A stretch of DNA of 64,000 bases, taken from the IMG/VR virus record IMGVR_UViG_3300012936_000009, positions 127-64,126 of that record. One strand, 5' to 3'. Position numbers and translations under genes: made by a program. Below are positions 54,726-64,000 of this stretch, piece by piece. Every line of letters starts with the position of its first letter. Positions within the stretch are counted from its first letter, which is position 1. A model generated the notes under the pieces. That model searched no databases and had not been told where the DNA came from. It saw only the letters and a program-made list of their open reading frames with translations. The DNA is from a virus. Lineage: Duplodnaviria; Caudoviricetes.

Positions 54726-57700
54726 TTAATCATCTTGTTTTCTTCCAAGGGAAGATTGGTTTTTAACAAAATTAACCTGTGCCTCGGATTCGTTAGTGCC
54801 GTAATCATAAACATTGGCTAATTCATCTCCCGCAAGGTGAGAAGATATATCACCAACAGGATAGAGGGGAGCTCTAATTCCGCCCTGACTGTCCATCCCA
54901 GGAGCGATGTCGTGGATAGGAGCAAACGATATACTAACTTTTACCATCTTAGGAGCTCTTTTTGTCAGTTTACCTGTTTCGTAAGTAGCTTCATTATAAT
55001 CAAAATCTAGACTGGTTATAAAACCAGCTAAACCACGACCCCTAGTTGATTCGTAAGCTTTCATAATAGAATTCTTCTCGGGATCAAAAAATGTTGAAGC
55101 GTCTCCCTCTAACTCTCCTAAAGTATTCTCAACCGGTTCTGCCTCAGTGGTTATCAACTTCAAGTCAGAAGCCAACACTATCATTTCAGCTTTTAGATTA
55201 GTATAAGGATTAGCTGGGTCCTTAGGGTTTCTAAATTCTACCCGGTATTGATACGGCTTCTTGATAACAAACTCTTCTCCTAAGCTGTCATCAACTTTTG
55301 GTCCACCTGGTCGATTTTCAGATTTTATTATCTTTACTACAGCATCAGATCTAGTCCAGGTATGAACCGGCGTTTTTGGTGGACCGAGAAACCCTCCACC
55401 AGAACCCTTCTCCAAAGTAATATAAGGGTGTGAAGTTGATCTCTTCAAAATTGCAAATCCGCCTGCGGTAAAAACTTCGGTTGCGCTAGCTTCATCTCCA
55501 GCGTTAGTAAATTGTCCCCGGTGTTCTTCTACCTTTTTGTTTGCATTCTCAGCAGTAATACCCGGGTGAGTTCCGAAAGTAAACTTAGGTTCTTCTCCAG
55601 CGCCTTCTTGAAGTCCAAAAAGTTTCATTAAATTAAACTTGGAGCCATTTGATCTGACGTAATCTCCAACTCTTAACCTAATCATAGGACTAGCAGTCGG
55701 AATCTGAGAAAATGGCATAATAAAACTTTTTCCGCTAGAAGCTAATTGACGACCAGCTGACCATTGAGGGTATACCATATTAGTTAGTTTATTTATGCTC
55801 AACCACATAGAATCAAAGTCATCTTCTGATGTAGAAATCAACCAGAAACCTAAGCTGATACTTCTTGCTGTCTTTTGGTAAATTTTAACAGCATCAACTC
55901 GACCGTAAGCATCGGTATCAGCATAAGAGACAGAAAAAGAGTCTTTCATATCGGTTATAAAAGCGTGAAAGCTTATTATTTCGTTTGTCCTAAGATCATG
56001 AAAATAGAAGGGCATATATTCTGATTCTAGCTCGTCTTCAAATTTTTGAACTTCAGCGCTATCTATTCTTCCGTTAGAAACAAAGTCTATTCTCCGGCGA
56101 TTGTTTTCAGTTCCTTCAAAGTCCCCAACCTTAGCAGCTACTGCTTGCATTATGTCTGGAGCGTTATTAACCATTCCTTTCGCATTGAGAAGTTCAACGG
56201 GAAGAATCATCTTAGCCGGTGCTGAGCGGTGTCTCCAAACTAAAGCATTTGTTACTTTATTAGTTCTGCTCTTGGTAACCCTTGTAACGCCATTATCGTC
56301 CAACCTGTCTATAAGTTGGCCACTTAAACCAGAAAAGTCAAGAATCTCTCCCATCTTGCACCTCTCTCCGACTACAGCACAAGCCATGAAAAACTTGAAA
56401 GATGCAAGGCCACTAAACAAGGAAAGAAGTTTGACTAAAACAGCTTTTACAGAACCTCCTAGAAGTGCAGCTTCACCTACGGCACCAAGTACCATAAGGG
56501 GATCGGAGAAAATATCGATAATTGTATCGTTATCCCTCATGATGTTTCTGATTATGTTTACGTAAAACCCTTTAGACTCGTTAATTCTATCGATAAAGTC
56601 TAAAATATTGATAGCCTCTCCAGCAAACCAGATCCCTAAGGAAACAAAATTACCAAGATCGTCTGGTCTAGCTTTTGGCCACTTCATCCTAAAGAAAGCC
56701 GCTAATCCATAAGCTATGCATGTGAAAACTGGAAATCTAAGATGAGGAACCCCTATGTTCACCAGCTCAGCAGCGGGAGCGTCGGTCGATTGGCCCATAG
56801 GTAAAGAACCTGGATCTTTCCCTTGCGCTCTTTCATCAGTAAATTCCTTGAAAAGAAACTCTAAAAAAATACCAATGACAAAACTTAGACCAAAAAGAGT
56901 TACTAAACCCTGTAGAATGAAAGTTGTGGCTGCTAATGGGTTACCAGTAAAAGTTTCTAGATAGGAGTTTGTGGCACCATACGATTTCCCATCGTTGATT
57001 GACACGAATTCTCCCGATCCGTCAAAAGGGTTTTGTCCATCTGCCCAGCTTTCCTCGGCATCGTCAGCAACTCCAATATCAACCTTAGGGCGATTTCTTC
57101 TATTGGAACCTTTGTGGGCATTAGCTGCGTATGTATCGCCTATAGAAACTCGGGTGTCTATAAAAGAGCCTGGAACGACAGTAAAAAAATTCTCGTCGTC
57201 TGGATCGCTATTACCGCCGGCGTGGCCAGTCTGTTTTAGCATTAGAGAAGTAGCAATCTTTCTTAAATCTTTGATAGCTAAATCTCCCAGGGGAGAATTT
57301 TTTGTATAAACACCAAGCTCTGGCTGAATTGATCCGTAAGCAGAATCAGGATTGGTGAAAGCTGAGTCTCTAATATACGGAGATTCCGCGGAGGGAGAAA
57401 ATCTGTTAGTAGTCAATATAGACGAAATCCTCTTTTGAACGACCGGCGCGTCTTCAGGGACTTCATAAAGCTCTTTTTTATCTCGACCAGTCGTGTCAAC
57501 CCGGGTAGATTTTATATCTCTTAAAAGGTTGTGTCCTTGCCCTCTAGCATTTTTGTCAAAAAAAGTCTTAAGAGTTGCAGTTTTGTCTTCTAGATCGGTA
57601 AACTTTCCAGAGTCTGAATTAGACCTTAAGCCACGCGCTGATTCTGAATCCCCTGCCAAGGATACAAATTGGCTGTCATTAGTGTCTGTTCTTATCTCTG

Positions 57701-57965
57701 CGATTCTTTCTTCGGAATTAGCGTGGATTCCTATTTCTTCATCTAAACTCGTCTTCTCTTTGGTTCTAGGGTCCTCTATTGAAGTATGAGATATCGGGAA
57801 AGCATTCTTTTTTTCGTGGGTCAATCGGCTTAAGTAATCCTTAAGCGTTGCTTTAGTATGTTCCTTGATATCATCCTTATCGATCTCTACCTTTCCAGGT
57901 CTTCCGTTATCCGGAGCGCCAAAATCGCCAGAACCTTCAGGATATATCTTTTTTTCATCAGACAT
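54726..57965 (-). CDS. Large tail/baseplate protein with tube-initiator-like domain
   Basis: FHAFITDMKDSFS...YGRVDAVKIYQKTARSISLGF...GFITSLDF...P..VKVSISF; located between the tape measure and LysM genes. Confidence 0.6.
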   Translation of the reverse strand: MSDEKKIYPEGSGDFGAPDNGRPGKVEIDKDDIKEHTKATLKDYLSRLTHEKKNAFPISHTSIEDPRTKEKTSLDEEIGIHANSEERIAEIRTDTNDSQFVSLAGDSESARGLRSNSDSGKFTDLEDKTATLKTFFDKNARGQGHNLLRDIKSTRVDTTGRDKKELYEVPEDAPVVQKRISSILTTNRFSPSAESPYIRDSAFTNPDSAYGSIQPELGVYTKNSPLGDLAIKDLRKIATSLMLKQTGHAGGNSDPDDENFFTVVPGSFIDTRVSIGDTYAANAHKGSNRRNRPKVDIGVADDAEESWADGQNPFDGSGEFVSINDGKSYGATNSYLETFTGNPLAATTFILQGLVTLFGLSFVIGIFLEFLFKEFTDERAQGKDPGSLPMGQSTDAPAAELVNIGVPHLRFPVFTCIAYGLAAFFRMKWPKARPDDLGNFVSLGIWFAGEAINILDFIDRINESKGFYVNIIRNIMRDNDTIIDIFSDPLMVLGAVGEAALLGGSVKAVLVKLLSLFSGLASFKFFMACAVVGERCKMGEILDFSGLSGQLIDRLDDNGVTRVTKSRTNKVTNALVWRHRSAPAKMILPVELLNAKGMVNNAPDIMQAVAAKVGDFEGTENNRRRIDFVSNGRIDSAEVQKFEDELESEYMPFYFHDLRTNEIISFHAFITDMKDSFSVSYADTDAYGRVDAVKIYQKTARSISLGFWLISTSEDDFDSMWLSINKLTNMVYPQWSAGRQLASSGKSFIMPFSQIPTASPMIRLRVGDYVRSNGSKFNLMKLFGLQEGAGEEPKFTFGTHPGITAENANKKVEEHRGQFTNAGDEASATEVFTAGGFAILKRSTSHPYITLEKGSGGGFLGPPKTPVHTWTRSDAVVKIIKSENRPGGPKVDDSLGEEFVIKKPYQYRVEFRNPKDPANPYTNLKAEMIVLASDLKLITTEAEPVENTLGELEGDASTFFDPEKNSIMKAYESTRGRGLAGFITSLDFDYNEATYETGKLTKRAPKMVKVSISFAPIHDIAPGMDSQGGIRAPLYPVGDISSHLAGDELANVYDYGTNESEAQVNFVKNQSSLGRKQDD

Positions 57966-58137
57966 TGTTTTTATCGACTAACTCTTCTTTAACGTATTTT
58001 AGCAACCCCTTCCTAGCAGATGGGTGATCAAATAGCTTTCTTATATTATCTATGATATCATCATACTTATCGAAAGGAAAATTTTCCAAAATTGATTCAT
58101 AAGATTTTTTTATTTTCTCTCTCTCTTCTTCAGTCAT
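57958..58137 (-). CDS. Small hypothetical protein (59 aa)
   Basis: Hand translation MTEEEREKIKKSYESILENFPFDKY...VDKNNV; GGAG SD. Confidence 0.55.
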   Translation of the reverse strand: MTEEEREKIKKSYESILENFPFDKYDDIIDNIRKLFDHPSARKGLLKYVKEELVDKNNV

Positions 58138-58152
58138 TTCTCCATCCTAAAA

Positions 58153-61100
58153 TCAAGATCCAGCTGCTAACTGAACAGTTCTCTTACCCATCGTCTTCTT
58201 GTCAGACAGCTGGTCAACCATCTTTTCAGCGTCTAGGTCAACCTTTATATTGACCGTGAAGTTTAGTTGCTCATTCTTTATCTTGAAAGTTTCCCTGCTC
58301 ACGCCCATAGCGTCGGCAAAGTCTGCCATTCTCATTTTTAGATCTATTGGTTCGGCTGTTAAATTATGTAGAGCTTCGTAGGTTGTATTATAAGACTCAA
58401 TTATCCCAGTCGTTGCTTTAACGATAATTCCCTCTGGGCCGAAATAACTAGCGTTATAATTTTTAAAAGTATTAGATATTCTATTGAGAACTCTAGCTAA
58501 GGCTTTCAAAGGTTTGAAATCAACTTTTATGTTAGGTAAGTTGCTGACTAGGCTTACTGATCCTAAAACCTGCCTAATCGATTCAACCATGGCCACGACT
58601 CCAGCCTTTAGCGAATCCCAACTAACCGCGTTTGTGGCTTTCATAGCCTCATTAGCAAATGTATGTACTTTACGCATGACTCCAACAACCATATCTAACT
58701 TAGCTAGTTGAGCTTCATCTGGCTTAAAATACTTAAGATAGTAGAAAATATCAGATATGTCGTAATACCCTTCTGTAGGCCCTATTGACTCGATCACATC
58801 CTTAGCTATAGCTGAAATCCAAAAATGCATCGATTTATTACCTTTACGTGCATATGGCTTGAGCCTGCTCATAAACTGGCTGAATTTAACTATTGCATCC
58901 ATAGCGCTGTTAATGACATCGATTTTTTTAGAAACGAACTCTGGAGAACCGCCTATAGGCATTGATGTTATTGAAGAAATTAGAGGTGCTAAGTGATCTT
59001 TAATTTGGCTTACGATTGATTTCGTCGCAACCATCATCCTTGCCGTTCGAGTCTTCATAGAGTCTGAAAATATTTTACCTGTATCTGGTGGAATATTCTC
59101 CATTGCTGCTCCCAGACCTTCAGAAAAGGTACCGATCGAGCCAATCGCCTTTGCAACAACTTCCATTTTAGGACCTTGAGTTTTAGGATCTCCAACCTTT
59201 TTAGAGAGATCGAGAACTTCTGTAACGAGAGGTGGGAGGTTATCTTTGATCGCAAGAATTATCTCTTTAACGCCATCCACGACTTCTTTCATTGTTTCTT
59301 TTACACTTGGGCCAAAAATGGATCCGCCGAGTTTTTCAACTGTCTGTAAAGGTCTCATCATTCCGGACGCTAATTGAGCTACAGCCCCTATTATTTGAGC
59401 AACTATCTTTGCTTTTTCGTTATTTTGCTTTCCACCTGGAAGAGAACTAGCTAACTTAGTTATTTCTCTAATGACTATACCTAAGGAGACACCAATCGAA
59501 AGAATAAATTTACTCATAGTATTTACTATTTTAGTCATCGAACCGCCACCTAACAGTTTAGAGACCAGGGCTAACTTTGTAGCTTTGATACCCATATTAG
59601 CAAACTGTTGCATAGCGGAAACTGCTGCAGCGACTATTTCTATCTGGAGCTTAACAGATTTTTTATTCCGGACTTTGATTTTCGATATAGCCTTGATCAT
59701 TTTAATAAGGGTTGGGGTAGTCTTAACGAAGAAATCACCTGCAGATTTGATTCCTTTTCGAAAACGTCCTCCAAATATAGCGCTCATAATGCCAAAACTC
59801 TTGGCTACTTTTTTCAACTTAGTAATAGAAACAAGTATCTTATCTAAAGCTTCTAAACCGAAAGAAACAGCTTTCTTATTCTTATACATTATATTGAAAG
59901 CTGGAACTGAATCTTTAATAGCATTTGCGAATATCGTTATCGCCCCTTCGAAAAAGATAGCCCCGGCTTTTAACCCAACCGCAGCAACGACGAAACCTAA
60001 ACTACCTAATGCCATTATTGCACCTGCCGCAAATAGACCGGCGGTAGCAGCGACTGCTACTGCGACCCCTCCGAGAGTAGACGCGAATTTCTTCCACTTG
60101 ATATCACCGGCTTTTTCTTGAACAGTTTGTATACCCTTAGAATAAGCTAAAACACCCACTGTAAAGAAAGTTGCTGCGGCTACCAAGCCAGCCGCGGCGA
60201 CTACGAAACCAAAACCGGCAAAGGCCGCTATTGCCCCAGCTACGAACAAGGCGGCTGTAGCGCCTATTGCAATTCCTACTCCAGCAAGTTGTTCAGCAAA
60301 CTTAACCCAATCAATTTTATTCGTATATTTAGTAACAATATCAATAGCTTTACTATAAGCCAGAACTCCTACCGCGAAAAAGACTGCTGCTCCTACTAAT
60401 CCTAAACCGGCACCGACCATAAACGGAAGCAACTTAGCTAAACCTATACCGATGCCAATAAGTTTCGTCGTTGCCATTATCGCTACGCCAACCACCACGA
60501 AAGTTTTGACTATAGCGCCCCAAGAAACTTTTTCAAGCATCCTGGCCGACAAAGCAACCGCTCCCGAGAAAGCAATTACAGCCACCGCAAAAAGGCCGGT
60601 TAAAGCGAGTAGAACAACAACAGCTTTTCCAATAACTGGCCACGGTATAGCAGCAAATGCGCTCACGAAAGCGCCGAAACCTCCTGCAGCCGGAGCGGCT
60701 GCTCCGGCCGCGGCACCAGCCGCGGCGGTAGACTTGGCCGCTAAGACTATCCCAAGCATCTTGGCTGCTAATATCTTAACCAAGGCTCCACCAGCGGCAA
60801 AAGCAATACCTTTTATCATCGCCAAAACAAACATTGGAGCAATAACATATTTCGCAATAAACATTGCAATTGGCTTCCAGTTTTGTGAAAGATAATCAGC
60901 AACAAAATTAAATGCAGTCATCAAGTAAGGTTTAGCTTTTTTCCATATAAATTGACCGACAACTTTAAGGGTAACTAAGAGAAACTCTCCTAACCTGAGG
61001 AATGCGTTACCGATTTGACCCATCGCCTTACCCTTGCCGCCTATAAAGCCTGATATTTTATCGACGAATTCTTGTAGTATATCTTCAGGGTTTCCCTTTC

Positions 61101-62769
61101 CGGTAATTAAGAAATCAGCAAATTTTTCTACCGTTTTGATTATATCTTTGAAGAAAATTCTGAATTTAGCCGGATCGAATAGATCCATCAATCCCTTAAA
61201 CATTCCGGTAGATTTCATGATCTTCATGAAAACTTCGCCTATCCCTTTACCGAAATTAAAAACTTCTCTCAAGAATTTCCTGATGGTACGCATTAACGCT
61301 CTCATGTCTTTATCTTTTGACATGGCCCGCATGAAACCTTTTCCAAAAGCGTCTCCAATACCGGAAAAGCTTTGGCCTGCTTCGGCAATCTTCTCGATAG
61401 CTTTGGCCAGTTTAAGCATCACTTCTTCTTGAGAAAGTTGATTCTCCTCGGCGTCTCCTGCGGCATCAGCAAAATCTTCATAAGCAATACCCTGATTCTC
61501 GGCAGCAAACGCGTTCTTTAACGCCGACTCTGAAAGTCCTGTTTGAGCCATCAAGAGTTTCTTCTCTTGACGCGTCATGTTTTCGATTGATTTACCTGCT
61601 GCGTGGAAAGCATTGCGCATCATGTCAATTCTCTCAGCAGGATTTTCGGCGTTCATCATCTTCATGGTATCGAGCTGAATACCGAAAGCTTGATTCAATT
61701 GAGAAACGCTGTCAGCTGCGCCTTCGAAGTCGTCAAACTTATCAACAACCCCTTTAAGATCTTTCATGTCCATGCCGAGTTTTCTAGCGTAAGCTGAAGC
61801 AGCACCCATTTGAGCAGTACTCATATTGCCGAAGCTGACAAAGTCGCCTTTCATGTCAGCAATATCTTTACCGATATCTTTAGAACTTAATCCAAACTTT
61901 TTAGCCATCTGGAGAGACATGCTTCCGACTTCGGTCATCATATCTGATTGAGATTGACCTGAAAGCTTGGCGTCTTTCATCAGTTTACCCATCTGTTCGC
62001 CGGATAAACCTAAACCCTTAGAGAACATAACCGCTTTTTCTGCGTTCTTTCCAAACTCATCTCCTAATAAGTTTAGAGCAGGGCCTAGGCCTTTAGCGAT
62101 GTCGGCAACGGCGCCCATCATCTTGGCCATTCCGTCTGGTCCGTAGCCGAAAACTCTAGAAACTGATAGCCCTGTGCCGCCTAAATCGCCGGCTGAGCTA
62201 CGCATGTCCTTAAAGCCAGCAATCACATTTTTGCCAGGCCCTTCAGCAAAAGAACCAAACTCTTTACGCACATCTTCGAAAGCTTGTCTTAACGCAGTAC
62301 CCGCACCGGCAGCGCTGTTCGCCATTCCAATAAGGCCGGTAAACATTTTAAACGGAATTGCAATGATCGCAGCACCAACACTGAAAATACTCTTAGTAAA
62401 ACTCTTAAGTAAGTTTCCTGCACCGCTGAGCGATATTCCCATATCTTTGAAGCCAGAAACAAGTCCCATGATGCCACCAACACCCGCTGCAGTTCCTGTA
62501 GACATACTGCTAAAGAAACCATCAGCTGATTTAGATTGTTTATCTTGAGATTTTCTGGCTTTATCTTGGGCTTGAGCTAATTTTTCAGTTTCAGCGACGT
62601 TTTTTTGCTGCGCTGCTCCGGCGTCTTCAGCGGCTTTTTTCATTCCCTCGCCTTGTGAGCATTGTTTACCGCATGCGTCATTTAGCTGGTTTTGAAGTTT
62701 GATTCTATCTTGGAGTAGTTTGTTAAGTTGACTTTGGAGTTCAACTTGTTTTCCTAAATCTTCAGACAC
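58153..62769 (-). CDS. Tail tape measure protein
   Basis: 1538 aa, Ala/Gly-rich helical with a hydrophobic central region; located in the tail module; GGAGG SD before GTG. Confidence 0.85.
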   Translation of the reverse strand: MSEDLGKQVELQSQLNKLLQDRIKLQNQLNDACGKQCSQGEGMKKAAEDAGAAQQKNVAETEKLAQAQDKARKSQDKQSKSADGFFSSMSTGTAAGVGGIMGLVSGFKDMGISLSGAGNLLKSFTKSIFSVGAAIIAIPFKMFTGLIGMANSAAGAGTALRQAFEDVRKEFGSFAEGPGKNVIAGFKDMRSSAGDLGGTGLSVSRVFGYGPDGMAKMMGAVADIAKGLGPALNLLGDEFGKNAEKAVMFSKGLGLSGEQMGKLMKDAKLSGQSQSDMMTEVGSMSLQMAKKFGLSSKDIGKDIADMKGDFVSFGNMSTAQMGAASAYARKLGMDMKDLKGVVDKFDDFEGAADSVSQLNQAFGIQLDTMKMMNAENPAERIDMMRNAFHAAGKSIENMTRQEKKLLMAQTGLSESALKNAFAAENQGIAYEDFADAAGDAEENQLSQEEVMLKLAKAIEKIAEAGQSFSGIGDAFGKGFMRAMSKDKDMRALMRTIRKFLREVFNFGKGIGEVFMKIMKSTGMFKGLMDLFDPAKFRIFFKDIIKTVEKFADFLITGKGNPEDILQEFVDKISGFIGGKGKAMGQIGNAFLRLGEFLLVTLKVVGQFIWKKAKPYLMTAFNFVADYLSQNWKPIAMFIAKYVIAPMFVLAMIKGIAFAAGGALVKILAAKMLGIVLAAKSTAAAGAAAGAAAPAAGGFGAFVSAFAAIPWPVIGKAVVVLLALTGLFAVAVIAFSGAVALSARMLEKVSWGAIVKTFVVVGVAIMATTKLIGIGIGLAKLLPFMVGAGLGLVGAAVFFAVGVLAYSKAIDIVTKYTNKIDWVKFAEQLAGVGIAIGATAALFVAGAIAAFAGFGFVVAAAGLVAAATFFTVGVLAYSKGIQTVQEKAGDIKWKKFASTLGGVAVAVAATAGLFAAGAIMALGSLGFVVAAVGLKAGAIFFEGAITIFANAIKDSVPAFNIMYKNKKAVSFGLEALDKILVSITKLKKVAKSFGIMSAIFGGRFRKGIKSAGDFFVKTTPTLIKMIKAISKIKVRNKKSVKLQIEIVAAAVSAMQQFANMGIKATKLALVSKLLGGGSMTKIVNTMSKFILSIGVSLGIVIREITKLASSLPGGKQNNEKAKIVAQIIGAVAQLASGMMRPLQTVEKLGGSIFGPSVKETMKEVVDGVKEIILAIKDNLPPLVTEVLDLSKKVGDPKTQGPKMEVVAKAIGSIGTFSEGLGAAMENIPPDTGKIFSDSMKTRTARMMVATKSIVSQIKDHLAPLISSITSMPIGGSPEFVSKKIDVINSAMDAIVKFSQFMSRLKPYARKGNKSMHFWISAIAKDVIESIGPTEGYYDISDIFYYLKYFKPDEAQLAKLDMVVGVMRKVHTFANEAMKATNAVSWDSLKAGVVAMVESIRQVLGSVSLVSNLPNIKVDFKPLKALARVLNRISNTFKNYNASYFGPEGIIVKATTGIIESYNTTYEALHNLTAEPIDLKMRMADFADAMGVSRETFKIKNEQLNFTVNIKVDLDAEKMVDQLSDKKTMGKRTVQLAAGS

Positions 62770-62800
62770 GCTGCCTCCAAAAAAAATTAACTTCTAGAAT

Positions 62801-62807
62801 TAATTAT
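62801..62807 (-). promoter_or_regulatory. Putative late-promoter motif ATAATTA upstream of the tape measure gene
   Basis: The same ATANTTA heptamer recurs upstream of several structural or leader-bearing genes (see findings). Confidence 0.4.
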
Positions 62808-62835
62808 TATGTACTGGAAAATGCTGTGAAATAGA

Positions 62836-63093
62836 TTAAAAAGGCCAAACTAAACCAGTTGCATTGAAGAATTTTTTAGAAGCTAATTTCTTTTCCATCA
62901 GTATAGACTTAATCTCTTCCAAGGAAGAGTTTTCGGAGCTTAGAGCTTCGTATAATTTCTTAGAAGAGGATAAAGCATTAGCCGTAACTAAAGCTAATTG
63001 CTTATTTCCGTTAATTTTAAAGTCTAGATTCTCTCCCATGACATACTGCGCGCAGTCAGAGAAAAAATAATTCCATTGTATTTCTTTCAGCAT
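62836..63093 (-). CDS. Hypothetical protein
   Basis: ORF ending TGLVWPF; ATAGTTA 5 nt upstream. Confidence 0.6.
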   Translation of the reverse strand: MLKEIQWNYFFSDCAQYVMGENLDFKINGNKQLALVTANALSSSKKLYEALSSENSSLEEIKSILMEKKLASKKFFNATGLVWPF

Positions 63094-63101
63094 ATTATTA
63101 A

Positions 63102-63326
63102 CTATGTAAATCTTCTCAATTTTGCTGGTACTTGTGCACGATGCCTACCTAATAATGCTCGTGTTTGAGGATCATTTTGATGAGCAGCTCTCGTTTGGGC
63201 ACCTTCGCCACCATTTCTCTTGTTTGTCTCAGTAATTTCTCTGTTTATTCTGTCTAAAAACCAAGTTCTTTGCCAAACAGGAAGTAAATAGGATTCCCAG
63301 TAAGAGAATCCCATATAGTACATCAA
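63102..63326 (-). CDS. T4 gp51-like / tail chaperone second segment (probably made as a frameshift extension)
   Basis: MYYMGFSYWESYLLPVWQRTWFL pattern; the frame stays open upstream to the T7 run at 63375-63381. Confidence 0.6.
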   Translation of the reverse strand: MMYYMGFSYWESYLLPVWQRTWFLDRINREITETNKRNGGEGAQTRAAHQNDPQTRALLGRHRAQVPAKLRRFT

Positions 63327-63360
63327 TAAAAATATTTGATTTAAAAAAACTTCCTTGTAA

Positions 63361-64000
63361 TCAGGCGTCAGGCCAAAAAAACGAGGCTCCCAGAGGGAGC
63401 TTTACCTCCGAAGTTTCTGTGCAATGAATACACTCTAACCAACCGGTCAAATCAATACCAGGTTCGTTTTTATCTAAGTAACGCCTTAACGCAAGGGAGT
63501 CTCTAGCCGGCATGTTTTTGACAAACATACTAATTTTAGTCTTGTCAGTAATTCCATTTACAGAGATAATAGAATACTCTAATCGCTGAGTTACCATATT
63601 GTCTCCGGAGATTCCTTTTTTCTTACGACGCTCAGCGATGGTCATAATTTCTCTTTCGTCTTCCCCAGTTAGAAACTTAAATTTTACCGGAAGTCCAGTA
63701 GAAGGTAGCTTAAATTCAAAAGCGTTAGCACCCAACGAAATAGGTTGAACTTCTAAATTGTTGATAGGCATATCAGTAAGATCAAAAGCTTGCTTATTTC
63801 TCTCTCCGCAAGCTGGACAATCTACTTCTACAGTATATTCAGGTCCATAACCTGTAACTCTTAATGCTGTCATAATAGCATTTCTGTCTCCGGATAAAAG
63901 ATGATCAGGATCGATTGACTTATCCATTAAGCATGATCTCAAGAGAGAAGTAATAACGGTACCCTTCTTGATTAATGCGCGAGAAGTCAAGATGTCTTCA
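63361..64000 (-). CDS. T4 gp26-like baseplate hub / tail assembly chaperone (5' end outside the window)
   Basis: EDILTS..., GDRNAIMTALRVTGYG, CPAC, F.LP, KFLTGEDE, PGID, CIHC, ends FFWP. Confidence 0.75.
   Translation of the reverse strand, partial: EDILTSRALIKKGTVITSLLRSCLMDKSIDPDHLLSGDRNAIMTALRVTGYGPEYTVEVDCPACGERNKQAFDLTDMPINNLEVQPISLGANAFEFKLPSTGLPVKFKFLTGEDEREIMTIAERRKKKGISGDNMVTQRLEYSIISVNGITDKTKISMFVKNMPARDSLALRRYLDKNEPGIDLTGWLECIHCTETSEVKLPLGASFFWPDA

Noticed and set aside
309-63070. Numerous plus-strand ORFs in the track (e.g. 6704..7069, 53633..54013, 56101..56565, 59471..60121)
   Set aside because: All lie antisense to well-supported minus-strand genes and have Ser/Phe/Leu-rich shadow composition with no motifs.
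1-64000. tRNA, rRNA or other structured RNA genes
   Set aside because: Intergenic gaps are nearly all under ~90 bp and I recognised no cloverleaf or T-loop signatures by eye; tRNAscan/Infernal would be needed to exclude them fully.

Overview
This 64-kb window is a segment of a large (jumbo-type) contractile-tailed dsDNA bacteriophage genome, probably aquatic. It is AT-rich and densely coded, with essentially every real gene on the minus strand. Reading in transcription direction (64000 to 1), it contains five blocks. (1) A tail/baseplate module: T4 gp26/gp51-like pair, tape measure, LysM/gpX-like protein and hub. (2) Replication and repair genes: minimal PolA-like domain, degenerate DnaQ, gp32-like SSB, RecA/UvsX, 5' nuclease, DnaB-like helicase, class II RNR, ClpP, MBD4-like and Fpg/Nei glycosylases, a J-domain protein and DnaE. 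(3) A cytosine hypermodification cluster: dCMP hydroxymethylase-like enzyme, dUTPase, phosphatase-kinase fusion, cytidylyltransferase, T4 alpha-glucosyltransferase homolog, C5-MTase-like protein, NDP-sugar epimerase and thymidine kinase. (4) Likely virion-internal proteins and host-like genes: SOD, GroEL, a sigma70 factor whose region-4.2 HTH seems to be on a separate gene, peptide deformylase and IMPDH/GMPR. (5) At 1-7.4 kb, an array of small modular genes sharing a short leader (MKITKRQLRRIIRE / MxLLREYIRELLxE), with cargo including two R-S-E ADP-ribosyltransferase paralogs and two GNAT acetyltransferases. I interpret this last block as a capsid-targeting, protease-processed effector cassette system. 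All family assignments come from motif recognition by eye; no database searches were run.
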